Below are positions 10,480 through 19,647 of a DNA stretch of 64,000 nt, piece after piece (within the stretch, counting starts at the first letter, position 1; the number at the start of each line of letters is the position of its first letter). This stretch comes from Lewinellaceae bacterium (GTDB taxonomy: Bacteria > Bacteroidota > Bacteroidia > Chitinophagales > Saprospiraceae). The position numbers and the translations under genes were made by a program. Where the stretch lies: positions 2,269 to 66,268 of the forward strand of contig JBEIGB010000001.1 of the NCBI GenBank assembly GCA_040382095.1, written 5' to 3'. The notes under the pieces were generated by a model that ran no database searches, was not told where the DNA came from, and saw nothing but the letters and a program-made list of their open reading frames with translations.

Positions 10480-11805
10480 ATGGAAAATCCAAACCATTCC
10501 ACCCTCAACCGCATTGGCGAACGCCTGCGCGGCTCACTGCTCGTCAAACTCCTTTCTATCGGCTTCATCGCCCTGTTGCTCATGATCCCGCAGTCTCTCA
10601 CCTATGACCTCATCCGCGAACGCCAAACCCGGCAACAAGAAGCCGTGAAAGAAATCAGCGAGTCCTGGGGCGGACAACAATTTATCGCAGGTCCTGTCCT
10701 TACCGTGCCATATACCATTTGGACAGAAGAACAGGACGGCAGCCGAACTTTATCCACACACAAACTCCACCTGCTGCCACAGGAACTGAACATAGAAGGC
10801 GACGCACGCCACGAAATGCGCAAACGCGGTATCTTTGATGCCATCCTTTACCAATCCTCCCTCCGGCTAAGCGGTAAATTCGATGCCCCCAACCTCGATG
10901 AACTCAATATCTTACCAGAACAACTCGTATGGAATGAAGCCAGGGTCTCCCTGGGCATATCCAGCATGGTCGGTATTCAAAATACCATTGAACTGGAATG
11001 GAATGGCGAAAAAAAACGCATGGGCCCCGGCACCGCTAATGCAACACTGCTCCCCTCGGGGGTCGGGGTGGCCGTCCGGATACCAGATACCCTGAAACAG
11101 TGGACCTTCTCCATCCCTTTGGAGCTAAATGGTACCGAAGCAATATTCTTCGAACCCGTCGGCCGTGTGACAAAAGCAGCACTCAAAGCCTCCTGGCCTT
11201 CCCCCAGCTTTACAGGTAAAATGCTCCCGGATACCCGTAAAATTTCCCAAAACGGCTTCAACGCACATTGGAAAATCCTCGACCTCAACAGAAATTATCC
11301 ACAGCAGTGGAAAGATGATGCCTATAATTTCGCCGATTCCGCCTTCGGTGTACGCCTCATCCGGCCAGTTGACGAATACCTCAAAAATGAACGTACCGCC
11401 AAATATGCCATCCTGGTCATCGGCCTCACTTTCCTAATCTATTTTTTCTTTGAAACCCTTCGAAAATTCCGTATCCACCCCTTCCAGTACTTGCTCATCG
11501 GTCTCGCTTTGGTCGTTTTCTACCTCCTGCTGCTCTCGTTTTCCGAGCAAATCGGTTTCAATGCCGCTTATGGCGTCGCCGCTGTTGCTACCATCGGCCT
11601 GATCAGCTTCTACAGTGCTTCCGTACTCCGTTTGCCCATTCTCCTCATCCAACTGACGATCCTGTTGGGTATTATCTTCGGCTTTATCTTTGTCGTACTG
11701 CAACTGGAAGATTTCGCCCTGCTCGCAGGAAGCCTCGGCATATTTGTCGCCCTCGCAGCCGTGATGTTCTATTCAAGGAAAGTGGACTGGTATAATCTGG
11801 AATAG
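10480..11805 (+). CDS. creD: Cell envelope integrity inner-membrane protein CreD
   Basis: 441 aa with an N-terminal TM helix, a large periplasmic domain and a C-terminal cluster of about 5 TM helices (FLIYFFFETL..., LLIGLALVVFYLLLLSFSEQIGF). This is the typical CreD architecture and sequence. Confidence 0.85.
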   Translation: MENPNHSTLNRIGERLRGSLLVKLLSIGFIALLLMIPQSLTYDLIRERQTRQQEAVKEISESWGGQQFIAGPVLTVPYTIWTEEQDGSRTLSTHKLHLLPQELNIEGDARHEMRKRGIFDAILYQSSLRLSGKFDAPNLDELNILPEQLVWNEARVSLGISSMVGIQNTIELEWNGEKKRMGPGTANATLLPSGVGVAVRIPDTLKQWTFSIPLELNGTEAIFFEPVGRVTKAALKASWPSPSFTGKMLPDTRKISQNGFNAHWKILDLNRNYPQQWKDDAYNFADSAFGVRLIRPVDEYLKNERTAKYAILVIGLTFLIYFFFETLRKFRIHPFQYLLIGLALVVFYLLLLSFSEQIGFNAAYGVAAVATIGLISFYSASVLRLPILLIQLTILLGIIFGFIFVVLQLEDFALLAGSLGIFVALAAVMFYSRKVDWYNLE

Positions 11806-12065
11806 TGACTTGCCGCAACGACTGGCCCGCCGGGAAAACATAGCTTGCTAAACCCTTCCTGTCAAAATGGTCGTCGGGTACCGATATATCTTTAAGACAA
11901 AATAACAGCGCGTTGCCATTTTGTCAGTTTTGTGCTGCCAACCCACCTCTATCGCCACTTTGGCACTGCAATTGATGCGCTGTTGACGACTGCCCGAATC
12001 AAGGATCCAACGCACTCCTTGCCGGGCAGCCGTCTTTTTTTATTTGTCCAAAAACATTTGCAAAT

Positions 12066-12344
12066 ATGGCAGGATTCAAAATGCGGCCCGTCAACGACCG
12101 CGTCGTTGTAAGGCCCGCAGCAGCAGAAGAGAAAACAGCAGGCGGCATTATCATTCCCGATACCGCCAAAGAACAACCTCAACGCGGCGAGGTAGTAGCC
12201 GCAGGTCCGGGCAAAGACGGCAGCCTCATGACGGTCAAAACCGGCGACAATGTTTTATATGGGAAATATGCCGGGCAAAAAATTGAATTCGAAGGGGTGG
12301 AATACCTCATCATGCGCGAAGATGATATCCTCGTCATCCTTTAA
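12066..12344 (+). CDS. groES: Co-chaperonin GroES
   Basis: Sequence [44 protein letters not shown]. 92 aa, immediately upstream of groEL. Confidence 0.97.
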   Translation: MAGFKMRPVNDRVVVRPAAAEEKTAGGIIIPDTAKEQPQRGEVVAAGPGKDGSLMTVKTGDNVLYGKYAGQKIEFEGVEYLIMREDDILVIL

Positions 12345-12392
12345 TCCCGAAAATCCCTTTTTTTCTTTCAATTATTTAAATTCTTACCCAAT

Positions 12393-14027
12393 ATGGCAGC
12401 TAAGGAAATTTCACTCTCCAACCATGCCCAGGAAAGGCTGAAACGCGGCATCGACAAACTTGCAAACGCCGTGCGCGTTACCCTTGGGCCAAAAGGCCGC
12501 AACGTGGTAATCGAAAAAAAATTCGGCGCACCACAGGTCACTAAAGATGGTGTTACCGTAGCAAAAGAAATCGAACTGGAAGACGCACTCGAAAATATGG
12601 GCGCACAACTGGTCAAACAGGCCGCTTCCAAAACCTCCGACCTCGCAGGCGACGGCACCACCACGGCAACCGTCCTCGCCCAGGCCATGATTACCGCAGG
12701 ACTCAAAAATCTCTCCGCCGGAGCAAACCCTATGGACCTCAAGCGCGGAATTGACAAGGGCGTAGCAGCAGCCGTCGCAAATCTCCGCGAACAGGCCGAA
12801 GTCATCAGCGACGATTTTGAAAAAATCAAGCAGGTAGCCAGTATCTCCGCCAATAATGATGATGAAATCGGCGAACTCATCGCCGACGCTATGAAGCGCG
12901 TCACCAAAGATGGCGTAATCACCATCGAGGAAGCAAAGGGTACCGACACTTATATCGAGGAAGTAAGCGGAATGCAATTCGACCGGGGATATCTTTCCCC
13001 CTACTTCATCACCGATTCGGAAAAAATGATCGCCGAATACGACCACCCTTTCATCCTCATCCACGATAAAAAAATCTCTAACGTCAAGGAACTTCTCCCT
13101 GTGCTGGAAAAAACCGCACAGATGAACCGCCCCCTGCTCATTATCGCAGAAGACGTGGACGGCTCCGCGCTCAGCACCCTCGTCGTCAACCGCCTGCGCT
13201 CCGTACTCAACGTCGTTGCAGTTAAAGCTCCCGGCTTTGGCGACCGCCGCAAAGCAATGCTCGAAGATATCGCCATCCTCACCGGCGGCGTAGTCATTAG
13301 CGAAGAACAAGGCTACAAACTCGAAAATGCTACCGTGGATATGCTGGGCCAGGCAGAAAAAGTCTCCATTGACAAAGACAATACCACCATCGTAAACGGT
13401 GCAGGTGATGCCGCACAGGTACAGGCCAGAACAGCCCAGATCAAGGCGCAAATTGAAAATACCGTCTCCGACTACGACCGCGAAAAACTTCAGGAACGCC
13501 TCGCAAAACTCGCCGGCGGCGTAGCCGTACTCTATGTGGGTGCCGCAACAGAAGTGGAAATGAAAGAAAAGAAAGATCGCGTTGATGATGCCCTCCATGC
13601 TACCCGTGCCGCTATCGAAGAAGGTATCGTCACCGGTGGGGGCGTAGCCCTCGTGCGCGCAATCAAAGCACTCTCTGCAATCAAAGGTTTCAACGAAGAC
13701 GAACATATCGGGATTGATATCGTCCGCAAAGCACTCGAAGCACCCCTGCGCACTATCTCCGAAAATGCAGGCGTCGAAGGCTCTGTCGTCCTCCAGCGCG
13801 TCCTCAACGGTAAAGACAGCTTTGGATACAACGCCCGCACCGATAAATATGAAGACCTCAAAGCTTCAGGGGTCATTGACCCTGCCAAAGTCGCACGTGT
13901 GGCTCTGGAAAATGCAGGCTCTATCGCAGGTATGGTCCTTACTACCGACTGTGCCATCAGCGACAAACCAGAAAAGAAAAAACAGATGCCCGCTCATGGC
14001 GGAGGAGATTATGACGATATGATGTAA
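12393..14027 (+). CDS. groEL: Chaperonin GroEL
   Basis: Sequence [10 protein letters not shown]...[36 protein letters not shown]...[12 protein letters not shown]. 544 aa with tail GGGDYDDMM. Confidence 0.98.
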   Translation: MAAKEISLSNHAQERLKRGIDKLANAVRVTLGPKGRNVVIEKKFGAPQVTKDGVTVAKEIELEDALENMGAQLVKQAASKTSDLAGDGTTTATVLAQAMITAGLKNLSAGANPMDLKRGIDKGVAAAVANLREQAEVISDDFEKIKQVASISANNDDEIGELIADAMKRVTKDGVITIEEAKGTDTYIEEVSGMQFDRGYLSPYFITDSEKMIAEYDHPFILIHDKKISNVKELLPVLEKTAQMNRPLLIIAEDVDGSALSTLVVNRLRSVLNVVAVKAPGFGDRRKAMLEDIAILTGGVVISEEQGYKLENATVDMLGQAEKVSIDKDNTTIVNGAGDAAQVQARTAQIKAQIENTVSDYDREKLQERLAKLAGGVAVLYVGAATEVEMKEKKDRVDDALHATRAAIEEGIVTGGGVALVRAIKALSAIKGFNEDEHIGIDIVRKALEAPLRTISENAGVEGSVVLQRVLNGKDSFGYNARTDKYEDLKASGVIDPAKVARVALENAGSIAGMVLTTDCAISDKPEKKKQMPAHGGGDYDDMM

Positions 14028-14118
14028 GGTTTTTTCAAATTACCGTTCCCCGGTAAAACGGTTGTCTCAAAGGTCTTTTTTGGGCGCTACGCGCCAAATG
14101 ATAATCTGCCTGAGGTGG

Positions 14119-14185
14119 CTGCCTCAAAAGTCCTATGGCGCCTTGCGCTGCCAAAGAACTTCTGAGGCAGCCCCTTTGTTTTTTT
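14119..14185 (+). terminator. Candidate intrinsic terminator of groES-groEL
   Basis: 13-bp stem CTGCCTCAAAAGT (14119-14131) pairs with ACTTCTGAGGCAG (14158-14170) with 1 mismatch. It is followed by CCCCTTTGTTTTTTT. It is embedded in a larger nested inverted-repeat region, 14061-14195. Confidence 0.4.
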
Positions 14186-14231
14186 GAGACACCCCATCAT
14201 CGCATCATCACCCCTTCACAATAAATTCAAT

Positions 14232-14279
14232 TGTAAAACAAAAAATGTTTTTGTTTTACACAAAATGTTTATTTTTGTG
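14232..14279. promoter_or_regulatory. Two adjacent palindromes upstream of the PBP1A start
   Basis: Perfect 13-bp inverted repeat TGTAAAACAAAAA-ATG-TTTTTGTTTTACA at 14232-14260. It is followed by CACAAAA-N7-TTTTGTG at 14259-14279. Both share an AAAATGTTT core. They lie 23-70 nt upstream of the ATG at 14302. Confidence 0.4.
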
Positions 14280-14301
14280 CTGGAATTACCGCCCTCATAC
14301 T

Positions 14302-16842
14302 ATGAAATATAGCAAAAGAAAAAAAAAGCAACCTTTCTACATTGCCTTCGCCCAAAACACCCTCGGAGGAATCAACGCCGTATTCGCACACGTCGTTAAA
14401 ACCCTCTCCCGTCGCCCAACCGATTGGCCGATGATCGCCGCCTATGGAACCGTACTGGCAGGTGCAGGCGCACTTTCCGCTTTTATCCTCACTACGTGTA
14501 TCTACCATGGCGTATTTGGCCATCTGCCCAGCGAACGCGAGCTCAGGGAAATCCGGAATCAAAATGCCTCCGAAGTCTATTCGGAAGATGGGGCCGTGCT
14601 GGGCCGCTATTTTATTCAAAACCGCGTCAACGCTTCATTTGACGAAATCCCGGAACTCCTGCGCAATGCACTCATCGCTACCGAAGATGCACGGTTCCAG
14701 GATCACAAAGGGATTGACCTGAGGGCAATGCTACGGGTACTTATCAAATCTATCCTCCTCGCCCAGGATTCCGCCGGAGGAGGAAGTACCCTGAGCCAGC
14801 AACTTGCCAAAAACCTCTACCCGCGTTCAGGCCACGGACGCTTCTCCCTCCTGGTAAACAAAATAAAGGAAATGATTATCGCAAGAAGGCTGGAAAGGCT
14901 CTACGATAAAAGCGAACTCATCGGCCTTTACCTCAACACCGTCCCATTCAGCGATAATATATATGGTGTGAAAGTTGCCGCACACCGCTTTTTCGGAAAG
15001 ACTCCCCAACTGTTGAAACCAGAAGAAATGGCCGTCCTCGTCGGCATGTTGAAAGGTACCGCACTCTACCATCCCGTCAAACACCCCGAACGCGCACTGG
15101 AACGCAGGAATACCGTCCTCCGTCAAATGCAAAAATATGGCTACATAAGCCCGGAAGAAGCCGATGTACTCTGCGCAAAGCCCATGCGGCTCAAGTACTC
15201 CGCCGATGGCCATAATACAGGTACTGCTACCTATTTCCGCGAACATCTGCGCCAGGAAATCCTGGAAATTCTGAAAAATCACCGAAAAAAAGATGGCACC
15301 CCCTATAATTTATACAGCGATGGGCTGAAAATATATACGACGATTGATTCCCGCCTCCAGTATTATGCCGAACTGGCCGTGAAAACCCATCTGCCGGCAC
15401 TCCAGCAGCTCTTCAACCGGGAATGGAGAAACAGCGATCCCGTAGGTAATAAGAATGTGTTGTACAAAATGATGCAAATGACCCCCAGGTTCAAGGATAT
15501 GAAAGCCCGGGGATACTCCGAAAAAGAAATTCTGGCGGCTTTCAACACCCCCAGAGAAATGTCCGTCTTTCAATGGGGAAAAGACCCCCTGGAAAAAGTG
15601 ATGAGCCCCCTGGATTCCCTAAAATACTACCTGCGCCTCCTCAATACCGGCTTCGTCGCCATGGACCCCGCCTCGGGCGGAATTAAAGCATGGGTCGGCG
15701 GCATTGATATCGCCTATCTCCAATACGACCACGTCAAATCAAGGCGGCAGGTGGGCTCTACGTTTAAGCCCTTTGTCTATGCACAGGCTATCGAATCGGG
15801 TGTGGCTCCCTGCCGCATGTTCCCCAATGACCTGCTCACCTATGAAGATTTCGAAGGGTGGACTCCTGAAAATGCCGACGGAGAATACGGAGGCCTCTAC
15901 TCCATGGAAGGGGCCCTCACCAAATCCGTTAATACAATCTCCGTGCAACTGATCATGGAGACCGGGGTCTCCGCCGTCCGGGATATGGCCCGGGCCCTGG
16001 GCCTGAAAGGCTTCTTACCCAAAACACCCTCTATCGCACTCGGCACCGCAGAAGCCAGCCTCCTGGAAATGGTCCAGGCTTTCAGTGCTTTTGCTAATAA
16101 TGGCGTCAAACCGGAATACTATTTCCTCAAACGCATTACCACCGAAGACGGCGAAATCATCGCCGAGTTTGACCCGCCCCGGGCCCGTAATAAACCCTTG
16201 TCCGAAACTACCGCTGCCTTTATGCTCCAAATGCTTCGAAGTGTGGTAAACGATGGCACCGCAAGCAGGCTAAGATGGCGATATGGACTCTCTAACCTCG
16301 ATCTGGCAGGAAAAACCGGAACGACACAAAACCAATCCGACGGCTGGTTCATCGGAATCACCCCCCGTCTCGTCGCAGGTGCCTGGGTAGGCGCAGAAAC
16401 CCCCGCCGTACATTTCCGAACCCTCGCCAATGGCCAGGGCGCCAATACCGCCTTGCCTGTCTTCGGCGAGTTCATGCGCCGTGTCAACCAGGACCGACGC
16501 TTCCGAACACTCACCAACGCACGCTTCGACCCACTCCCGGATAGCCTGTACGCATTACTCGATTGTCCCGCTTTCATCCATCCGGATTCTACGTACCAGG
16601 TCGAAGAATTGCTCAACGACCCCGGCGATCTCAATTTCTTCCAACGCCTGCAGGCTGAACTCACAGAACCTCAAACAAACACCCTTCCTATACGCCTGAA
16701 ACCTCAACGCGTAAATGAAGTGGACAGCCAATACCTCAATCGGATGCAACAATACAACGAACGCCTCCAGGACCGTGAGGAACGAAAAAACAAATGGAAA
16801 AAAATCCTCTTTGGCAATAAAGACCAGGAACAAGACCCATAA
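14302..16842 (+). CDS. mrcA: Class A penicillin-binding protein 1A (transglycosylase/transpeptidase)
   Basis: Glycosyltransferase motifs EDARFQDHKGID and GGSTLSQQLAKN. Transpeptidase motifs STFKPF (SxxK), SVN and KTGTT. Start trimmed to the ATG at 14302 (MKYSKRKKK, then a TM helix); the track alternative is 14245. Confidence 0.9.
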   Translation: MKYSKRKKKQPFYIAFAQNTLGGINAVFAHVVKTLSRRPTDWPMIAAYGTVLAGAGALSAFILTTCIYHGVFGHLPSERELREIRNQNASEVYSEDGAVLGRYFIQNRVNASFDEIPELLRNALIATEDARFQDHKGIDLRAMLRVLIKSILLAQDSAGGGSTLSQQLAKNLYPRSGHGRFSLLVNKIKEMIIARRLERLYDKSELIGLYLNTVPFSDNIYGVKVAAHRFFGKTPQLLKPEEMAVLVGMLKGTALYHPVKHPERALERRNTVLRQMQKYGYISPEEADVLCAKPMRLKYSADGHNTGTATYFREHLRQEILEILKNHRKKDGTPYNLYSDGLKIYTTIDSRLQYYAELAVKTHLPALQQLFNREWRNSDPVGNKNVLYKMMQMTPRFKDMKARGYSEKEILAAFNTPREMSVFQWGKDPLEKVMSPLDSLKYYLRLLNTGFVAMDPASGGIKAWVGGIDIAYLQYDHVKSRRQVGSTFKPFVYAQAIESGVAPCRMFPNDLLTYEDFEGWTPENADGEYGGLYSMEGALTKSVNTISVQLIMETGVSAVRDMARALGLKGFLPKTPSIALGTAEASLLEMVQAFSAFANNGVKPEYYFLKRITTEDGEIIAEFDPPRARNKPLSETTAAFMLQMLRSVVNDGTASRLRWRYGLSNLDLAGKTGTTQNQSDGWFIGITPRLVAGAWVGAETPAVHFRTLANGQGANTALPVFGEFMRRVNQDRRFRTLTNARFDPLPDSLYALLDCPAFIHPDSTYQVEELLNDPGDLNFFQRLQAELTEPQTNTLPIRLKPQRVNEVDSQYLNRMQQYNERLQDREERKNKWKKILFGNKDQEQDP

Positions 16843-16932
16843 CGACCTGCCGTGGGCCTATCTCAACAAAATCTATCCATTTTATCAAAAATCCTCTGAA
16901 TCCTGTCTTAAATTGCGCCTAAAATCCGAAAT

Positions 16933-18936
16933 ATGGCCGATACGCGCTTCGAACCAATGGTCTTTAACAGATACGACCTCACCGACCAAAAACTATTGGA
17001 GCTATATCGCGCCCTGCTGTATCCCCGCCTGATCGAAGAAAAAATGCTGATTCTCCTCAGACAAGGCAAAATCAGCAAATGGTTCTCCGGGATCGGGCAG
17101 GAAGCAATCTCCGTCGGCGCTGCTTTAGCCCTCGACCCCGATGAAATGATCTTTACCCTCCATCGCAACCTCGGGGTTTTTACCGCCCGAAATATGCCCC
17201 TGTCCCGCCTTTTTGCCCAATGGCAGGGAAAATCAGATGGGTACTCAAAAGGCCGGGAACGCTCTTTCCACTTCGGTACCATAGAACACCACATCGTGGG
17301 TATGATCTCCCATCTTGGCCCCCAACTCGCCCTTGCAGGCGGCGTAGCACTGGCACACCGCCTTAGAAACGAAGGAAAAGTCTCCCTCGCTTTTACCGGT
17401 GACGGGGGCACCAGCGAAGGTGATTTCCACGAAGCCCTCAATGTCGCCGCAGTATGGCAACTGCCCGTCATCTTCCTGATCGAGAATAATGGCTACGGGC
17501 TCTCTACACCCGTTAATGAACAATATCGCTGCGAAAAACTCGCCGACCGCGGCCCGGGATATGGCATGAAGTCCCTCACGATTGATGGAAACAATATGCT
17601 CGAAGTCTATCTAACAATCGCCCGGCTTGCCAACGAAATGCGCAAAAACCCCGAACCCGTCCTCCTGGAATGTATGACCTTCCGAATGCGCGGCCACGAA
17701 GAAGCCTCCGGTACAAAATATGTCCCCAAAAAATTGATGGAACACTGGGCCCTGCGCGATCCCATCAGCAACTATGAACAATTCCTCCGCGATGCCGGAC
17801 TGCTCGACGATACCGAAATCAAAAATATCCGGCAAACCCTCAAAAAATCAATCGAAAAAGATCTCGAAACAGCTTTCAAAAGCCCCGACCCGGAATGTGA
17901 CGAAACAACCGAACTCGCCGATGTCTATGCCCCTTTCATCCAAACTCCCGTCCCGCCCACAGCCAACACCCCATATAAAGAAATGCGCTTCATTGACGCC
18001 CTCTCCCAAGGCCTTAAAATGGCGATGGAAAAACATGATAACCTCGTGCTCATGGGACAGGATATTGCAGACTACGGCGGGGTGTTCAAAATTACCGAAG
18101 GCTTCGCCGCTCAATTCGGCCATGACCGTGTGCGCAATACCCCTTTGTGCGAAAGTGCAATCATAGGAAATGCCCTCGGCCTGAGCCTGAAAGGCTTCAA
18201 GGCAATGGTCGAAATGCAATTCGCCGACTTCGTGTCCTGCGGATTTAACCAAATCGTGAACAACCTGGCAAAACTCCACTACCGCTGGGGCCAATGCGCA
18301 GATGTCGTCGTCCGGATGCCAACCGGAGCAGGGACAGGTGCCGGCCCATTCCATTCTCAAAGCAACGAAGCCTGGTTCTTTCATACACCAGGGCTGAAAA
18401 TACTTTACCCCTCAAACCCAGCCGATGCGAAAGGCTTGATCCTCGCAGCTTTCGAAGACCCCAATCCTGTCATGTTTTTTGAGCACAAAGCCCTCTATCG
18501 AAGTATCTCCGCAGATGTCCCCGAAGGATATTATACCGTGGAAATCGGAAAAGCCGCCGTCGTGCGCAAAGGCAAAGAATTATCCGTCATCACCTATGGA
18601 ATGGGGGTACACTGGGCACTCAAAACCGTAGAAGAACTCGGTATAGACGCTGAAATCCTCGACCTGAGAACCCTCCTACCACTGGATTTTAATGCGATCG
18701 GAGAAAGCGTGAAAAAAACCGGTAAAGCCATCGTTTTACACGAGGATACCCTGACCGGAGGTATCGGCGCAGAAATTGCCGCCTATATCTCAGAACACCT
18801 CTTCGAGTATCTCGATGCACCCGTCGTCCGATCAGCTGCCCTCGATACCCCGGTACCGTTCGCTATCCTCCTGGAACAACAATTTTTACCCCCACGCCGA
18901 TTCAAGGAAAAACTACTGAAACTCTGGCAATATTAA
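16933..18936 (+). CDS. Fused alpha/beta E1 component of a 2-oxoacid (branched-chain/pyruvate type) dehydrogenase, TPP-dependent
   Basis: TPP motif GDGGTSEGDFHEALNVAAVWQLPVIFLIENNGYG in the N-terminal half. The C-terminal half is E1-beta/transketolase-like (RVRNTPLCESAIIG..., MPTGAGTGAGPFHSQS). 667 aa. Confidence 0.85.
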   Translation: MADTRFEPMVFNRYDLTDQKLLELYRALLYPRLIEEKMLILLRQGKISKWFSGIGQEAISVGAALALDPDEMIFTLHRNLGVFTARNMPLSRLFAQWQGKSDGYSKGRERSFHFGTIEHHIVGMISHLGPQLALAGGVALAHRLRNEGKVSLAFTGDGGTSEGDFHEALNVAAVWQLPVIFLIENNGYGLSTPVNEQYRCEKLADRGPGYGMKSLTIDGNNMLEVYLTIARLANEMRKNPEPVLLECMTFRMRGHEEASGTKYVPKKLMEHWALRDPISNYEQFLRDAGLLDDTEIKNIRQTLKKSIEKDLETAFKSPDPECDETTELADVYAPFIQTPVPPTANTPYKEMRFIDALSQGLKMAMEKHDNLVLMGQDIADYGGVFKITEGFAAQFGHDRVRNTPLCESAIIGNALGLSLKGFKAMVEMQFADFVSCGFNQIVNNLAKLHYRWGQCADVVVRMPTGAGTGAGPFHSQSNEAWFFHTPGLKILYPSNPADAKGLILAAFEDPNPVMFFEHKALYRSISADVPEGYYTVEIGKAAVVRKGKELSVITYGMGVHWALKTVEELGIDAEILDLRTLLPLDFNAIGESVKKTGKAIVLHEDTLTGGIGAEIAAYISEHLFEYLDAPVVRSAALDTPVPFAILLEQQFLPPRRFKEKLLKLWQY

Positions 18937-19113
18937 CCCGCTAACCCTCCACCCTCAATTCATCCCTGCTTAAACTATCCCTTATTATATTATTTTTTTT
19001 TGCATTACATCTTTTTTTTCTTATATTTGCAGTGAGCTATCTATCTACATCCATTCTTTTTAGCCGTTCCTACTTCTTTGACGCATTCTACAGGTTTTAA
19101 ATGCATTTGTTCT

Positions 19114-19121
19114 TACATTTG
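19114..19121 (+). promoter_or_regulatory. Bacteroidota-type -7 promoter element TAnnTTTG (TACATTTG)
   Basis: TACATTTGCACC lies 20 nt upstream of the ATG at 19141. The same TAnnTTTGCACC string recurs upstream of atpB. A second match, TATATTTG, is at 19022-19029. Confidence 0.35.
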
Positions 19122-19140
19122 CACCTCAAAACCATACACG

Positions 19141-19554
19141 ATGAACTTAGAAAAATTTGTTGCTGTAAGCGGAATGCCCGGCTTGTTCAAATTAGTAGCC
19201 AACAGAAACAACGGCTTAATCCTTGAAGACTTGAGTTCGGGAAAACGCAATTTTGTGCCCTCCAGGGGAAACCAATTCACGCCACTTGGCACAATTGGTA
19301 TCTACACCAACGATGGCGATTCCACTGAGCTGAAAATCGTATTCCAAAATATGCTCGATCGCCTTAAAGACCTTCCTCCTGTAGAAATCAACGCTGATCA
19401 TGACGCGCTGCGCAGTTATTTTGCACAAATCCTTCCCGAATACGATCGTGACAAAGTGAGCATCGGCGATATTAAAAAAACAATTAAGTGGTTCTCTTTC
19501 CTTAATGAAAGAAATCTACTCGCTGCCGAGGTCGCAAAGGAAGAAGAAGAGTAG
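19141..19554 (+). CDS. DUF5606 family protein
   Basis: MNLEKFVAVSGMPGLFKLVANRNNGLILEDL... matches my memory of the conserved N-terminus of Bacteroidota DUF5606 proteins. Track ORF 19078 trimmed to the ATG at 19141. Confidence 0.7.
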   Translation: MNLEKFVAVSGMPGLFKLVANRNNGLILEDLSSGKRNFVPSRGNQFTPLGTIGIYTNDGDSTELKIVFQNMLDRLKDLPPVEINADHDALRSYFAQILPEYDRDKVSIGDIKKTIKWFSFLNERNLLAAEVAKEEEE

Positions 19555-19647
19555 TCTGCACAACGGCTCCTGCCGTACACAAAGGCTACCCTTATAATCC
19601 CAAACGGCCTTTGTGTAATCAACTGTTCAGATAACCTCTAATATTTT

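Noticed and set aside
11295-11303. Perfect DnaA box TTATCCACA inside creD.
   Set aside because: It is a single isolated 9-mer within coding sequence, expected occasionally by chance. It is not part of a cluster.
11961-11976. Sigma-54-like promoter TGGCAC-N5-TTGA about 90 nt upstream of groES.
   Set aside because: The -24 element is perfect, but the -12 element reads TTGA instead of TTGC (the critical GC is lost). There is no enhancer-binding-protein context. It is kept only as a weak possibility.
12411-13706. 431-aa ORF antisense to groEL. Similar long antisense ORFs occur at 1846..2652 and 2731..3678 (uvrB), 4056..4700 and 4716..5459 (helicase), 27371..28048 and 28055..28738 (atpA), 37906..38655 (RND pump), 46840..47493 (atpD), and 8192..8839 (ppc).
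   Set aside because: The sense strands encode unmistakable conserved proteins. The antisense translations are low-complexity (rich in F/G/D/E/V) with no recognisable motifs. They are shadow ORFs that arise because the sense genes rarely use codons whose reverse complement is a stop.
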